NCBI RefSeq assembly: GCF_033153115.1
Contig: NW_026889778.1
Span: forward strand, 2,790,001 to 2,854,000
Direction: 5' to 3'
DNA length: 64,000 nt
DNA from: Saccostrea echinata
Lineage: Eukaryota
Shown: positions 63,991 to 64,000 of the stretch, in pieces
Numbering within the stretch: the stretch's first letter is position 1
Layout: each line of letters begins with the position of its first letter
The notes under the pieces: generated by a model
The model's input: the letters and a program-made list of their open reading frames with translations, nothing else
The model's database searches: none
Told to the model about the DNA's origin: nothing
Translations under genes and position numbers: made by a program

Positions 63991-64000
63991 GCAAACCCTG

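Overview
AT-rich, intron-containing animal genomic DNA. The repeat families (Helentron/HINE-type elements carrying satellite cores, including a ~166-bp Cg170-like unit, plus bivalve-type SINE ends) point to an oyster or other bivalve; this is inference. Six multi-exon genes were assembled by hand from GT-AG junctions and frame continuity: (1) neuronal calcium sensor (neurocalcin/hippocalcin-like), first coding exon only, - strand; (2) universal stress protein (UspA family), +; (3) a ROCO-like Roc-COR gene with degenerate GTPase motifs and a possible C-terminal AKAP-like helix plus CaaX box, -; (4) CEP83, +; (5) vezatin VEZT, -; (6) a caspase-like gene lacking the catalytic His, +. Introns contain many MITEs, HINEs, a Helitron, LINE/PLE/SINE fragments and minisatellites; the long 20-24 kb ORFs are satellite artefacts. 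The most striking unexplained pattern is that at 7 clear junctions (plus 1 candidate) in 5 of the 6 genes, an intronic repeat has a unit that is a copy of the adjacent exon end, usually with its splice site, forming polar arrays of extra donor or acceptor sites. All exon coordinates are manual and unverified by transcripts.
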